Virus record (IMG/VR): IMGVR_UViG_3300032046_000016
Coordinates: 1-64,000 of that record
Source of the DNA: a virus
DNA: 64,000 nucleotides
Strand: one strand, 5' to 3'
Part shown: positions 10,501 to 19,842 of the stretch, in pieces
How the letters are laid out: every line of letters begins with the position of its first letter
Position numbering within the stretch: position 1 is the stretch's first letter
The notes under the pieces: generated by a model
Database searches by the model: none
The model's input: only the letters and a program-made list of their open reading frames with translations
Told to the model about the DNA's origin: nothing
Program-made: the position numbers and the translations under genes

Positions 10501-11294
10501 TCCTGAAGGAGCTCCGAGCGGTAGTTCATCGAGTAGAGCTCGGGGTCGCCGGCGACCAGGTCGTTCGAGTCCGTAACCGCCGGCTGGCCCTTGATCTGGA
10601 TCGGCTTCGCGTTGCCCTCGGAGTCGAACCCGTCGAGGACGGCACCGGAGACGTAGACCTTCTTCTTCACCTGGTCAACGTCCTCGTCCGAGCTGATGTC
10701 GAGCACCCAGGGCGGCGAGCCGCTGGTCGTGTAGGTTCGGAAGGCCGTCGGTGCCGGAGCCGCCAGGAGCTTCCGGATCACGAGGGCGCCGGAAGGGAGC
10801 TCGAACATCCTGTGCCCGTCGACCTCGATGATCGCCTGTATCGCCTCTCCGGGGTTGGCCAGGTCAAGCAGCACCGGCTTCACCGTGCCGATCGTCCACG
10901 CCTCCATGTCGATGACGCGCTCGGTCACGCCAACGTCGTCCAGGATCTCCTCCACCGCTGCTTGAGCGCTCACGTTGGCGAAGACCCAGGCGGCTGTCTT
11001 GAACGGCTGCCACAGACGCTGAGTCTTCCCGACGCATTGGAGCACGTACTGCCCGAGTGCCGGCCGCCGGCGCTTCACCTCGCCGGTAAAGAGCCGGCTA
11101 GCGAATTCGACCTGGACGCTGTCGCCGCGTCCGATCCAACTGGGGAGGACGCCGGCCACCGTGATGTCAGCGGTAGGTACAGGGGAGTCGATGTCGTTGG
11201 CTACGACGGCACCGATCACGTTGGGCAGCGTGATACCCTTCACCCTTGCAACGGGCGTCACGCTGCGCGTGGCTTCCATGACCGAGTAGACCAT
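7545..11294 (-). CDS. tail-tip / hub protein with PKD, beta-propeller (BNR) and FN3-like domains
   Basis: N-terminal hub-like region, PKD motif (DLDGTIVDYKW...TLEVTDNDG), many SxDxGxTW Asp-box repeats. Confidence 0.8.
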   Translation of the reverse strand: MVYSVMEATRSVTPVARVKGITLPNVIGAVVANDIDSPVPTADITVAGVLPSWIGRGDSVQVEFASRLFTGEVKRRRPALGQYVLQCVGKTQRLWQPFKTAAWVFANVSAQAAVEEILDDVGVTERVIDMEAWTIGTVKPVLLDLANPGEAIQAIIEVDGHRMFELPSGALVIRKLLAAPAPTAFRTYTTSGSPPWVLDISSDEDVDQVKKKVYVSGAVLDGFDSEGNAKPIQIKGQPAVTDSNDLVAGDPELYSMNYRSELLQDVPKATAVAVRLLDKQHRILESIPFRVPLDPDIRLCQTIGITDPNITGKVGRWFVKSYRHVYDAEAGTCDTELQLMGGDQSGTTIKLMPLADFIVKMEKELIGTTLQVLVTCLSTSQDLDGTIVDYKWTDDYVPPNLQQGADLNTVNFVYDPAVKADVTITLEVTDNDGLKGSISQTVNIGPGASGDMFVPTISAAIYNRATFTPDGGWTWTDQGPLSGNLISTAAAEYGGPDDLGVLLFGTDSGKIYRSIDRLATSPTLVYTEPAGSPINHLWWDSNQQNVVWACTQNGRLYRSIGGAGGTWELYHDFGGTYPLNRIATPPGPPVVFVFGGRADLPGTLIQWNWIDNANDWHCPDMSSFTPSAAGDSVAEAAANVFPELAIIFKGTREPAIMYAADLYAWPVVWQNAVGLDAGLRQGRLICPNGGAIGQMGTAGDFLAAFDTKEMWVSTDGVNWTTSRARLSTPTAPTLAPIAGSLASGTYSYRVSAINDLGQTLASPNTTIVLVGPAGVRVSWVSVVGATGYKVYGRTAGSELLMATVGAVNQWDDLGSVVPSGALPTQNTTAWVLPGTAANKPWHAMNVQGHPNLFFGASIEGIWKTTDKGNTAGFLRPAAGISTWPGGAIGRMISFVAQSAEASQEPDEIWLIVGMASGHKNLCKLAGTSWEIIKQDIGDDAWRLQWHGQVLFFQNEGNSLAHGSLMRSVDFGLTFTPVLDYCSAFTRGPDGTFWACTRGDAGTDYATDLYIWSSPTGEFGTWTQRYHRSGSNLVPFNSISVNPNNALQVAAVRGVSVVDNHCVLTLDGGGNFVEQHIPSNWGADVADLWVLWGQNNRLILTHHQKVRISVSDDFSVSWTQKHEAPADTLHAQNFIRCGMWAFLLTYNQSDGQDDLCLIRSSNNGEAWEAIWLNTEETKHALAYNPDGERLFIFYSSFGDSPYPAPVARMKPATAAKADLEASWTVMEYDWKTKIGVIGWWPQGALAVKLT

Positions 11295-11297
11295 GGC

Positions 11298-11654
11298 TCA
11301 CCTGGCGATGAAGGTCATCGTGTAGCGGTACATCAGCCCGGGCAGGACCTCCTTAAAGTCCTGCTCCTGGATGCGCGCCGATTGGCTCTGTCCCTCGCCA
11401 TCAACGAGGTTGCCGATCGTCTTGTTGTTAAAGAAGGTCCGCATCTGGTTGCGGAACGCCTGGGTGCAATCGCCCTCGATCGTGCGCCGGCGGCTGGTGA
11501 AACCGAAGTCGGTGATCACGTCCGTGTCGCTGTTGATCGGCTGATGGATCACGCTCTTCAGCGCCCTGTTCCATTCCCCGGCGCCCTGGCGACCGCTAGG
11601 CTGACACTCGACTGGAAAGGTGTACCCGGCGAAGGCCCACAACAGCGCCACCAT
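11298..11654 (-). CDS. distal tail protein-like
   Basis: Small gene between tape measure and tail-tip genes. Confidence 0.6.
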   Translation of the reverse strand: MVALLWAFAGYTFPVECQPSGRQGAGEWNRALKSVIHQPINSDTDVITDFGFTSRRRTIEGDCTQAFRNQMRTFFNNKTIGNLVDGEGQSQSARIQEQDFKEVLPGLMYRYTMTFIAR

Positions 11655-11655
11655 C

Positions 11656-14600
11656 TCACACCCTCGGAATCCCCGCGCCCTGCACGGTCAGCGGACTGGC
11701 AATACCAGCGGTGGCGGCGATCTCGTCGAGGTGGCGCTCCACCGCCCTCAGCAACTGAGCCTTGGCCTCCCGCCAGTCCTGAGCAGCCTGGATATTGATC
11801 TCGAAGGACGGCGCGAGATTGATCCCGCGACCGCGTCCCAGATTCTCCAGGAGTCGGGCGGTCTGCGCCGCCGGCACCACCGTCGTGCCTGTGGGCATGG
11901 CGGCGATCTCCGGGCCCTTCTCACCCAGCAACGCCACGCCCCCTGGCCAGCGGCGGATTCCCTGCTGCAGGCCCGGCACTCCTGGTATGTCGAAGCCAGG
12001 CGTGATGTCGGGGAGGGGGATGCTCTTGAGCCCATCGACGAAGCCCTGCATGGCGTCCTTGCCCGCCTGGAGCAGCTTGACAGGGAGCTCCTTCAGGGCG
12101 TCGATGATCCGGCCCGGCCATTCGGTGAACGCCGTAACCACGTCGTCGAGGATGGTCGTGACGCCAATCTTGAGTCCATCGAAGGCGGTCGAGACCCAAT
12201 TCCAGGGCAGGAGCATACTCAACAGGGAGGCGACGTTGGCGAACCAGTTACCGATGGCTCCCGTGGCGCCCTTCCCGAGTAGGGCGTCGAGGATGTCGGC
12301 GATGCCCTGCTTGAACCCTTCCCAGGCCCCCTTTATCCACTCCCACGGCAGCACACCGCTGAACATCGACGCGAGCTGACCGATCCAGCCGACGACGGTT
12401 CCCACCACGAGCTGCAGCAGCCCACCGATCTGACCGGGCAGCGCCAGGAATTCCTTCAACACCGACCGGATCGTAAGCGGCATGCCCTGAGTGACGGCCT
12501 GCGGGATGTAGACCGTAAACAGGTCGAGGAAGAACTGCGGCATCCCCATCAGGATCTGGAGCACCTGGCCTGGCAAGGCGGCCAGCTCGCCGAGGATCGC
12601 CCGGGCCACGGCGCCGAGCACTCCAGGAATCTGGCTGACGAAGCCCATCACCTGCTCACGGAACTTCACCAGCAGCAGGGGCGGAAAGAGGGCGATGGCG
12701 ATCCACTGCGCGATGTCGGCAATCGGAAGCTGAGACAGCAGGTCCCGGAACACGCCGCCGAGCCTGGCAAGGAAGCCGCCTACCTGCTCCCGGAAACGAA
12801 TCAGCAAGAGCGTGGGCAGGAGAGGCGGAAAGAGGATCGACGCGATGGCGATGGCGAAGAGCGCCGCCGCGCGCCCGAGGAAGCGGCCCACGCGGGCCGG
12901 ATCGGACAGGAAGTCGCGGATGGCCCCGAAGACCTTCTGGAAGAACTTGGCTATCGGCTCGCGGAACTTATAGATCAGGAAGCCAGCCAGGATCGCAGCG
13001 ACGATGATGCCCGCGATGATCAAGACGGGCGCGCTGATAACGCCGGCAACGGCGGCACCCACCGCGGCGAGCATGCTGCCGATGGACCCCGCTATGGCCG
13101 ATACGTTGACACCGGCCCCCAGCGCCACACCGAGCCCGCCCACGATTCCACCAGCCAGGTTCAGCCCCAGCTTCTGGCCTATCCCCTCCGGGCTGACCTT
13201 GGGCTTCGCCTCGATACCGACCTTCTGCAGGATGTCCTGGACCTTCGGGCCGAAGTCCTCGATCAGCTTCTCACCGCCGCGGCGGACGAACTGCGTGATG
13301 TTCTGGGTCATGTCGACGAGCCCGCTGATCAGGGACGCGCCGGCGCGCACGATGGTCTGCGTGATCTTGACGCTCTTGCTTACCATCCCGGCCGCCGCCG
13401 ACACGAAGTCCTTGACGGTCGAGGCGACACCGGCCGCGGCCTTGATGGGGAAGGTCACGAATTGCGTGGCCATGGACGCGATCCCGCCAACGAACGAGGC
13501 GACCGTATTGAACGCCAGCACCCCGATGAAGGTCAGGATAGCTCCCGACACCAGCGGCAGCACGTCCCTGCCCAGGAACTCCAGCCGGTTGCCAGCCCGC
13601 TCCAAGGGCAGCTCGAAGCCGGTGAACCGGTCAATCAGCCGGCCGATGTCCTGGGCCAGCGGCCGGGCGAAGTCGAGCAGGGCCCGCACTTGCCGGACGA
13701 TCTCGGCCAGGACGAGAGCGGCCACCTTCACCGGCCCGGGCAGATCGGCGAAGAAATCGTTCAGCTCATCGCCGGTCTTCAGGAAGGTGCGGAGCCACTG
13801 CACGAGCGTCTTCGTCACCGAAGCGGCCAGTTTCAGCGGCGGTCCTATCGCCTTACCGGCCCGGTCCAGATTCTTGGCCAGGGAAGTGGCGAACCGCTCT
13901 ACCGTCTTCGCCACGCCTTCGCTCCCAAGCAGCTCGTTCAGAGACTCAAGGCCCTTCTTGCCCAGGTCGAAGAACGGCTTCAGGGCGGTCGCCGACAGAA
14001 TCTTGATCGTGTCGCTGAAGGTCGAGGTCAGGCCAGCCCAAGTGCCGGCCTGTTTCGCCATGGCCCCGCCAAACTTGCCCATGTCATTCGTGAACACGGT
14101 CCACAGCTCATCACCGCTGGCTCCAGCAGCGGTGAGCTTATCGATCTCGTTGCGTGCCTGGGGCGAGAGGACGGCCAGCTCCTGGAGGCGGGTCGCGGCT
14201 TCACCGATGGGCCGGCCGGATTGCAGGGCGGCGTAGAGTCGGCCCGTCCAGAAGGCGATCTCGTTGATGTCGGTGCTGGTGGCCGCCGCGGCGTCGCCCA
14301 CCATGGTCAGGTTCTGCATGGTGTCGAGGGCGTCACCGCCGAAGGTACGCATCATGCGGGACGCCTCGATTACGGGCTCCGTCTCGAACGGGGTCTTCTT
14401 GGCAAAGACGAAGAGGTCCTCGACGTGCTTCTTCGCCTCGTCGGCGTTGCCCATCAGGGTCTCGAACTGGAGGGTCGAGGTCTCCAGGGTGGCGTTCATC
14501 CCGAACACCGACCCCTTGACCATGTCGAAGATGCCGCCCAGGCCCTGTACGGCCTGCTGCATACCAAAGAAGCCGACGCCGCCAGCCAGCCCGGCCTTGA

Positions 14601-14709
14601 TCGCGCTGCCCAGGCCAAGCGTCTTCTGCTTGGCCCGGTCGATGTCCTTCTGAAGGCCGCTGGTATCGCCCTTGATCTGAACGATGGCGTCGCCGAGCGG
14701 AATAGCCAC
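11656..14709 (-). CDS. tape measure protein
   Basis: 1017 aa, Ala/Gly/Leu-rich helical, FAKKTPFE tape-measure motif, central hydrophobic segments. Confidence 0.93.
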   Translation of the reverse strand: MAIPLGDAIVQIKGDTSGLQKDIDRAKQKTLGLGSAIKAGLAGGVGFFGMQQAVQGLGGIFDMVKGSVFGMNATLETSTLQFETLMGNADEAKKHVEDLFVFAKKTPFETEPVIEASRMMRTFGGDALDTMQNLTMVGDAAAATSTDINEIAFWTGRLYAALQSGRPIGEAATRLQELAVLSPQARNEIDKLTAAGASGDELWTVFTNDMGKFGGAMAKQAGTWAGLTSTFSDTIKILSATALKPFFDLGKKGLESLNELLGSEGVAKTVERFATSLAKNLDRAGKAIGPPLKLAASVTKTLVQWLRTFLKTGDELNDFFADLPGPVKVAALVLAEIVRQVRALLDFARPLAQDIGRLIDRFTGFELPLERAGNRLEFLGRDVLPLVSGAILTFIGVLAFNTVASFVGGIASMATQFVTFPIKAAAGVASTVKDFVSAAAGMVSKSVKITQTIVRAGASLISGLVDMTQNITQFVRRGGEKLIEDFGPKVQDILQKVGIEAKPKVSPEGIGQKLGLNLAGGIVGGLGVALGAGVNVSAIAGSIGSMLAAVGAAVAGVISAPVLIIAGIIVAAILAGFLIYKFREPIAKFFQKVFGAIRDFLSDPARVGRFLGRAAALFAIAIASILFPPLLPTLLLIRFREQVGGFLARLGGVFRDLLSQLPIADIAQWIAIALFPPLLLVKFREQVMGFVSQIPGVLGAVARAILGELAALPGQVLQILMGMPQFFLDLFTVYIPQAVTQGMPLTIRSVLKEFLALPGQIGGLLQLVVGTVVGWIGQLASMFSGVLPWEWIKGAWEGFKQGIADILDALLGKGATGAIGNWFANVASLLSMLLPWNWVSTAFDGLKIGVTTILDDVVTAFTEWPGRIIDALKELPVKLLQAGKDAMQGFVDGLKSIPLPDITPGFDIPGVPGLQQGIRRWPGGVALLGEKGPEIAAMPTGTTVVPAAQTARLLENLGRGRGINLAPSFEINIQAAQDWREAKAQLLRAVERHLDEIAATAGIASPLTVQGAGIPRV

Positions 14710-14713
14710 AGCT

Positions 14714-14872
14714 CTAACCTCGCGGCCCCTTGCCGCCTAACGCTCTAGCCATCAGGTCGATGATCCAGTCCTGGCCTTTCGGCGAGAAGCGGATCACTGC
14801 CGAAAGGTCGCTGCTCCAGCCTGGCCCCGACTGCTTGAAGCCTGGTGGGGGCGTGAGCGGGATCTCGAGCAC
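14714..14872 (-). CDS. 52-aa hypothetical protein (below ORF-track cutoff)
   Basis: GGAG RBS and GTG start; exactly fills the gap between chaperone and tape measure genes. Confidence 0.4.
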   Translation of the reverse strand: MLEIPLTPPPGFKQSGPGWSSDLSAVIRFSPKGQDWIIDLMARALGGKGPRG

Positions 14873-14881
14873 AGCTCACTC

Positions 14882-15507
14882 CTACTTAACCTGAATCCCG
14901 GCCGCCATGAGGCTCTGCGCCGTGTCGAGCGTGACAGGCGCCGGCGACCAGCCTCTGATGGCCATGTCGAGCTGCTTGGCGACACGATCGGGACGTGCGG
15001 CGTGGAAGATTCCCAACTGCACACGCTCCTCAAAGGCGCGGAGCTGGGGGATGCGCCGATAGTAGGCCCATAACAGCCGGGCCGGCATACCCAGGAGCTG
15101 ATCCGGCGCCAGCCCATAGAACCGGGTCAGGTGCGCGAAGACCAGCTCTAGCTCTACTGGGCCACTGGGCCTCGGCCGTTCCTCCGCGCTCTCCGCCGCC
15201 GCGCTGCCCGGTTCGTCTGAAAAGGGGACAGGTGGGCGATCAGCGCCCCGATCTGCTCGGGCGACAGTTTGCGCCACACCTTCCTGTCCACATCAGGCAG
15301 AATCGTCGTCATGAACTCGGCGAAGTCGACCACGGCCTTCGTGAGCTCCTCGGGCGTCTCTGCCTGCTGTGCCCGGTCAGCGAGAGCGAAGAGGTCAGCG
15401 GCCTCCAGAACGGTCAGCTCTGGGAGCTCGTAGACCTCTTCGCCCAGCTTCACCTTCTTGACGCGCGCCTGAATCGCGCCAAGATCGAGAACCTTTTCCT
15501 CAGCCAC
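14882..15507 (-). CDS. tail assembly chaperones G (15154-15507) and GT via -1 frameshift
   Basis: Slippery C CCT TTT (15220-15226) links ...HLSPF to the -1 frame PFSDEPG...; canonical position upstream of tape measure. Confidence 0.85.
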
Positions 15508-15539
15508 CAGCGTACCTCCTGCCCTTCTCGGGCTGCGAA

Positions 15540-15887
15540 CTATGTCCTGACGACGGCGATCGACACCGTGCCAACGATGGAGGCGAACGTCAGGCTCACC
15601 TTCCCTTCGTTAGGCGCGGTCGTCTGATTGAACTCGGCGGCCGGCAGGGCATAGATCATGTGCTCCTCGCTGGCCGCGATAGCCACGACCTTGTCGCCCG
15701 TCCGCTGGTGGGAGCAGGGCACGCTCACAACCGTCACGGTCACGCTCGACGCGGCGGCGGCCTTGATGACAGCGATCTCGCGGCCGCTGTTGTTGAAGTA
15801 CATGCCGTCAGGGTTCAGGGCCTCGAAGGTGATCTTCTTGGCCCCCTTCTTCGTCAGGTCCTGCACGGTTATCGTTGTGGCAGACAA
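15540..15887 (-). CDS. putative virion structural protein
   Basis: Beta-rich 115 aa in tail operon with GGAGG RBS. Confidence 0.55.
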   Translation of the reverse strand: MSATTITVQDLTKKGAKKITFEALNPDGMYFNNSGREIAVIKAAAASSVTVTVVSVPCSHQRTGDKVVAIAASEEHMIYALPAAEFNQTTAPNEGKVSLTFASIVGTVSIAVVRT

Positions 15888-15948
15888 TGTTCACCTCCGA
15901 CCTCGATGCGCCACCTCCGGCGTAGGCATCCTTGGGCCAACCCAAGGA

Positions 15949-16539
15949 TTACGGGCCCGTCTCGTTGGCCGTCTTGCGGACGATCAGCCCCAGCTCCTGC
16001 CCGGCCTCGCTGGACTGGAGAAGCGCCTTGAACTCGGCAGGAATGGCCATCTCCTCGCCCTTGCGCATCGCCAGCGTAATCTCCACGGTGCTCACGCCAC
16101 GCCACATGTTGGCCCGCATGTAGAAGCCGTTGTGGTCGAGGCCCTCGACCGCGACAGCCTTCTCGGTCGGACACGCCACGGCCGCAGCCACCTTGAACGT
16201 GTCCTTGCCGATCTGTCCGGCTCCCGGCGCCTGGGTCTGCACGCTGCCAAGGCCGTACAGGGCCGGCATGTTCGTGAGTATGATCTCGTCCAGGCTGGCC
16301 CGGAAGATGAACGTGGTCCCCGTCACCTGCACGAGGACGGCGGCGGTGAACTGGTCGGGGATCACCTCGTAGATGTCCTTGCCGAGGACGATCTGCAGGC
16401 CCTCCTTCAGCCACCCTAGTTTGGTCCAGGGCGCCTCGAATGCCTCGTCGTCGCCCGGCATCGGCGTGCCTACCGGCGCGAGCCAGACGTCGGCCGGCGC
16501 GATGAAGATGTTGGCCTCGTCGTTGACAGGCATAGTCAC
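15949..16539 (-). CDS. major tail tube protein
   Basis: ADVWLAPVGT..P...WTKLGWL..G motif typical of siphovirus tail tubes; position. Confidence 0.8.
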   Translation of the reverse strand: MTMPVNDEANIFIAPADVWLAPVGTPMPGDDEAFEAPWTKLGWLKEGLQIVLGKDIYEVIPDQFTAAVLVQVTGTTFIFRASLDEIILTNMPALYGLGSVQTQAPGAGQIGKDTFKVAAAVACPTEKAVAVEGLDHNGFYMRANMWRGVSTVEITLAMRKGEEMAIPAEFKALLQSSEAGQELGLIVRKTANETGP

Positions 16540-16838
16540 ACTCCTCCCGTCTCGGATGGCGGCTCGGCCTCCGTCGCGGGTGCCGCCTCGCCTTCAGCGG
16601 GGCCGGCCTGCCCTTGATCGGGCGGCTGGGCCTGAGCTATGGGCGCACCTTCCGTCTCCTCGGGCTCTGGCACGTGAACGACGAAGCGGTGCCCCGGATA
16701 CGTGAGCAACTCCAGGGCCTGTTCCTCTTCCAGCTCGTGGACCTGGCCCTGGGTGAAGTGCAGTCCCCATCCGGTGATGAACTCGTCGGAGGGGCCGTCG
16801 TAACGGATCGGCTGCGGAGGCTTCCTTCTTGGGCTCAT
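16536..16838 (-). CDS. hypothetical protein
   Basis: Coupled ORF in tail operon. Confidence 0.55.
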   Translation of the reverse strand: MSPRRKPPQPIRYDGPSDEFITGWGLHFTQGQVHELEEEQALELLTYPGHRFVVHVPEPEETEGAPIAQAQPPDQGQAGPAEGEAAPATEAEPPSETGGV

Positions 16839-17257
16839 GCAACAACCCCCAGCTTCAATAGGCAGCGGTAGTACACCAACTGCCCCTCAACGGCTCGCCA
16901 GACGGGATCGTCGGCGTAGTCGGGTATCACGAACGGACCGCTGTCATGGATCGCGCCCAGGAAGCCCGGAGCACGCTCGGCGTAGGCGCCGTTCACCTGA
17001 AGCTCCAGCCTCAGGATCTCCACCAGCTCTTGAGCCACCAGGAGCGTACCGCCAAGGCAGCGGAAGCCGATTCTCATCCAGTGCATCGGCGCCTGCTCTT
17101 CCATGGGCCCCGGCTCCGGTGCGAACCAGATGCAGGGCACCTGATCGACGCCGCCCTCCATCTTCCCGGCGAAGACCCGCTGGCCGACCACACCGGTCAG
17201 GTCGCCGCTGCCCAGCAGATAGTCGCGGACGATGTGCATCGGGTCCTTGAAGGTCAT
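16835..17257 (-). CDS. tail terminator-like protein
   Basis: L...VG.RVF motif; position before tail tube gene. Confidence 0.65.
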   Translation of the reverse strand: MTFKDPMHIVRDYLLGSGDLTGVVGQRVFAGKMEGGVDQVPCIWFAPEPGPMEEQAPMHWMRIGFRCLGGTLLVAQELVEILRLELQVNGAYAERAPGFLGAIHDSGPFVIPDYADDPVWRAVEGQLVYYRCLLKLGVVA

Positions 17258-17649
17258 CGCCGCCGCACCCCCAGATGCTCGCCGATGCGCGACGTCTCGT
17301 AGTCAAACGCGGGCCGGAGGAAGGGCCGGCCGTGCATGAACTTGGTGCCCATCTCCACGTAGCCCCCGTACCCGCACTCCGCCTCCATGCCGCTGGCGAC
17401 CACCACGACGGGCCCCTTGCCACCGCCGGCGAACCTGCCCTGAAAGCTACGCAGCATCGCGTCAGTCCCCACGCGGTAGCCGATCGAGAACCGGAGCCGG
17501 CCGGTCCGCACCGGCGCCCTCGCCTTCGCCCCGTCGCGCACGGCCCGGCCGAAGCTGTGCAGCCCGGCCTCGACCTGGTGCAGGGTCGTGGAGTAGGCCA
17601 TCTGGCCCCTCCAGTTCAGCTTCACGCGGCAATCGAATCCGCGAGCCAC
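17254..17649 (-). CDS. HK97 gp10-like tail completion protein
   Basis: APVRTGRLRFSI, YVEMGT, RPFLRPA motifs. Confidence 0.85.
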   Translation of the reverse strand: MARGFDCRVKLNWRGQMAYSTTLHQVEAGLHSFGRAVRDGAKARAPVRTGRLRFSIGYRVGTDAMLRSFQGRFAGGGKGPVVVVASGMEAECGYGGYVEMGTKFMHGRPFLRPAFDYETSRIGEHLGVRRR

Positions 17650-18005
17650 TAGCCTCCTCCTGAACGAGTCCGGCGCAGGTCGACCTCCAGGTGGTGGTCG
17701 ATACCGCCGGCGTCGATGACGCCGGTCACCTGATACTCGACGCCGTCCACCGTCACGCGGTCCGCCTCCAGGACGTCCGTCCCGGCCTTCAGAAACAGGC
17801 GGTAGTCGGCGGCCGTGATGTCCCCCGACTGCGCCATCCGTTCCTTGGCTGACAAGGGCTGGAGCCAGCAGGGAACGTCGCTGCCCCATTCCTGCCAGTC
17901 GGCGATTAGGTGGCCGTTGGCGTCATGCGTGCTGCCTACGTTGCGCACGACGGTGCACGTCTGACCCAGCAGGGACTCGTAGAAGGCGGTCGGCAGGCTT
18001 ACCAT
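17649..18005 (-). CDS. head closure (SPP1 gp16-like) protein
   Basis: DRVTVDGVEYQV motif; position. Confidence 0.75.
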   Translation of the reverse strand: MVSLPTAFYESLLGQTCTVVRNVGSTHDANGHLIADWQEWGSDVPCWLQPLSAKERMAQSGDITAADYRLFLKAGTDVLEADRVTVDGVEYQVTGVIDAGGIDHHLEVDLRRTRSGGG

Positions 18006-18604
18006 GTCGGTGCCGCCTTGAAGCCGCCCAACTTGGCCTTGCCAGGGCCGAGCATCGACTTCATGATGTCGACCAGCTCCGAGTGCAGCTTCGCCTGCGC
18101 CTGGTTGGTCACGGACACCTGGCCCACGCTATAGCTGACCCCGCCCGTGCCCACCAGTCCCGCCTTGGCAGCCCGGGCGATGTGGGCGACCATCTGCGTC
18201 GCACAGGCCTCCACCCGCGGCGCGACGGTCTTCTCGTACGTGTACTGCACCTCGACGTTCTGGACGCCAGCCGGAAAGACCATCGGGGGCAGGTTGGACT
18301 GCACGACGTAGGGCAGCGACGACAGCATTCGGACATAGCCCTCGTTGCCGTAGAGCTTGTAGGCGTTGGCGTCCAGGGCAACGCCCGACACCTTCACGCT
18401 CGTCAGGGCCGTCACCGGACGGTACTTCAGGAACACCACGTCCCTGTCCTTGCCGTCCAGGGTCTCGGTCACGTCAGCCGTACCGAACGGCGTGCCGAGG
18501 CGGTTCTCAATCAGGTCCTGCACCCAGGCGATCCAGTCGTCCTGGATCTCCGCCTGGGCGAGGCCGGTCAGCGCGGCCACCTTCGCCTTATCTGTAACGG
18601 CCAT
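17999..18604 (-). CDS. head-tail adaptor (gp6/gp15-like)
   Basis: ETLDG, L.YRPV, FPAGVQNVEVQYT motifs. Confidence 0.75.
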   Translation of the reverse strand: MAVTDKAKVAALTGLAQAEIQDDWIAWVQDLIENRLGTPFGTADVTETLDGKDRDVVFLKYRPVTALTSVKVSGVALDANAYKLYGNEGYVRMLSSLPYVVQSNLPPMVFPAGVQNVEVQYTYEKTVAPRVEACATQMVAHIARAAKAGLVGTGGVSYSVGQVSVTNQAQAKLHSELVDIMKSMLGPGKAKLGGFKAAPTW

Positions 18605-18610
18605 CGTCGC

Positions 18611-18925
18611 TCAGCTATAGCAGACCGTCAGGTCCACCGCCCCGCTGCACAGCACCCTGATGCCATCCTTGAACGACAGCCCGATGGGGATGGCGGGGTA
18701 GCTCAGGGCGGCCGGCACGACGACGACCGTCACGATGGGATCGCCGTCGGCGTCGCCGTCTCGCAGGGTGACGGTCCGGTCGGCGGCCGGCACCGCTTCA
18801 ACCAGAATGCGGTGCACGACCCCGCCCTTCTCCTTCACCTGCGTGGTGGCGCCAGCGGCCACCCTCTTGGACTGCCCGGAGAGAGCGCCGTACTGCAGGT
18901 CGGGAAGCGTCAACGGTTCCATCAA
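18611..18925 (-). CDS. small structural / decoration-like protein
   Basis: Beta-rich, G..F..GI motif, in head operon. Confidence 0.5.
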   Translation of the reverse strand: MMEPLTLPDLQYGALSGQSKRVAAGATTQVKEKGGVVHRILVEAVPAADRTVTLRDGDADGDPIVTVVVVPAALSYPAIPIGLSFKDGIRVLCSGAVDLTVCYS

Positions 18926-19014
18926 GACCTCCCGCGCCTAGTGCTGGGCGGAGACGCCGCTGGTGGCCGAGGAAAACGACCCCGCCCAGCAGCTTGAGGC
19001 GCCAAGCGTTACCG

Positions 19015-19731
19015 CTACTCGACCGCCACCACCACGATCACGTCCGTGGCCGCGATGTGCGTGGCGCCGTTCGTAGCCACCTTGATGCGGTTCGGGCCGG
19101 TCTGCACCGTGGCCCGGTCCGTGACCGCCTTCTCGCCGCCGTTGGCGTCGCGCACCACCCACGTCCAGCTCGACGGAGCGAACGGGAGCGGTATGTGCGC
19201 CTCGACCAACGTGCCCTCCTCGGTGGTCACGGTATGGCTGACGACGACGGTCTGCTTGACCGCCGCGTCAGCGCCGCCGACCAGGTTCTCGACCGTTGCC
19301 GGCTGGGCACCGCCGACCCGCGCCACCGCCACGTTCCCGGCTGCGCCAACAGCCAGCGCGAAGATGAAGACCGTGGCGGTACTGACGATGGCCGCGTAGT
19401 ACGGCCCGCCAGCGTTTCGCTGGTCGCCGTTGATGGCGGCGGCAAGGTTAGTGGCTGAGGCGCCCTGGTTCGCGCCCGCACCCCAGATGCCCTTCGGATT
19501 GTCCTGGGTGCCACGGGTGTACGTCACCGTGCCCACGGTAACGCTCGTGCAGTCGCCCTGGGCCGCGAAGTTCACCAGGCCGACGGACTTGCGGCCCGGG
19601 TCCTCGAGCGACACCACGATGTCGTCGAGGAACTCCTGCAAGTCGGGGATCAGCGGCTGGCCACCGCCGCCGTAACCGTACTGCTCGACCATCGCCGCCA
19701 CGCGAGCGGCGGTAAGCTTCTGTCCTGTCAT
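19015..19731 (-). CDS. putative head decoration / structural protein
   Basis: Directly downstream of MCP, Ala/Val/Thr-rich. Confidence 0.5.
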   Translation of the reverse strand: MTGQKLTAARVAAMVEQYGYGGGGQPLIPDLQEFLDDIVVSLEDPGRKSVGLVNFAAQGDCTSVTVGTVTYTRGTQDNPKGIWGAGANQGASATNLAAAINGDQRNAGGPYYAAIVSTATVFIFALAVGAAGNVAVARVGGAQPATVENLVGGADAAVKQTVVVSHTVTTEEGTLVEAHIPLPFAPSSWTWVVRDANGGEKAVTDRATVQTGPNRIKVATNGATHIAATDVIVVVAVE

Positions 19732-19842
19732 GGCTCCTCACTTTCCCGTCGGAAGGGGCGGGCGACCGCCTACCCGCCAGCAGCGGTCGCCGGCCCTCTT
19801 CCCGCGGAGGGAGTTATCCCTTTCGTTCCGCTCGACCAGCCG

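Noticed and set aside
5338-11294. Diversity-generating retroelement targeting tail fibre
   Set aside because: No reverse transcriptase or TR/VR pair with adenine-specific mismatches seen.
11298-18604. Contractile tail / tailocin
   Set aside because: No sheath or baseplate wedge (gpJ-like) genes; gene set matches a non-contractile tail.
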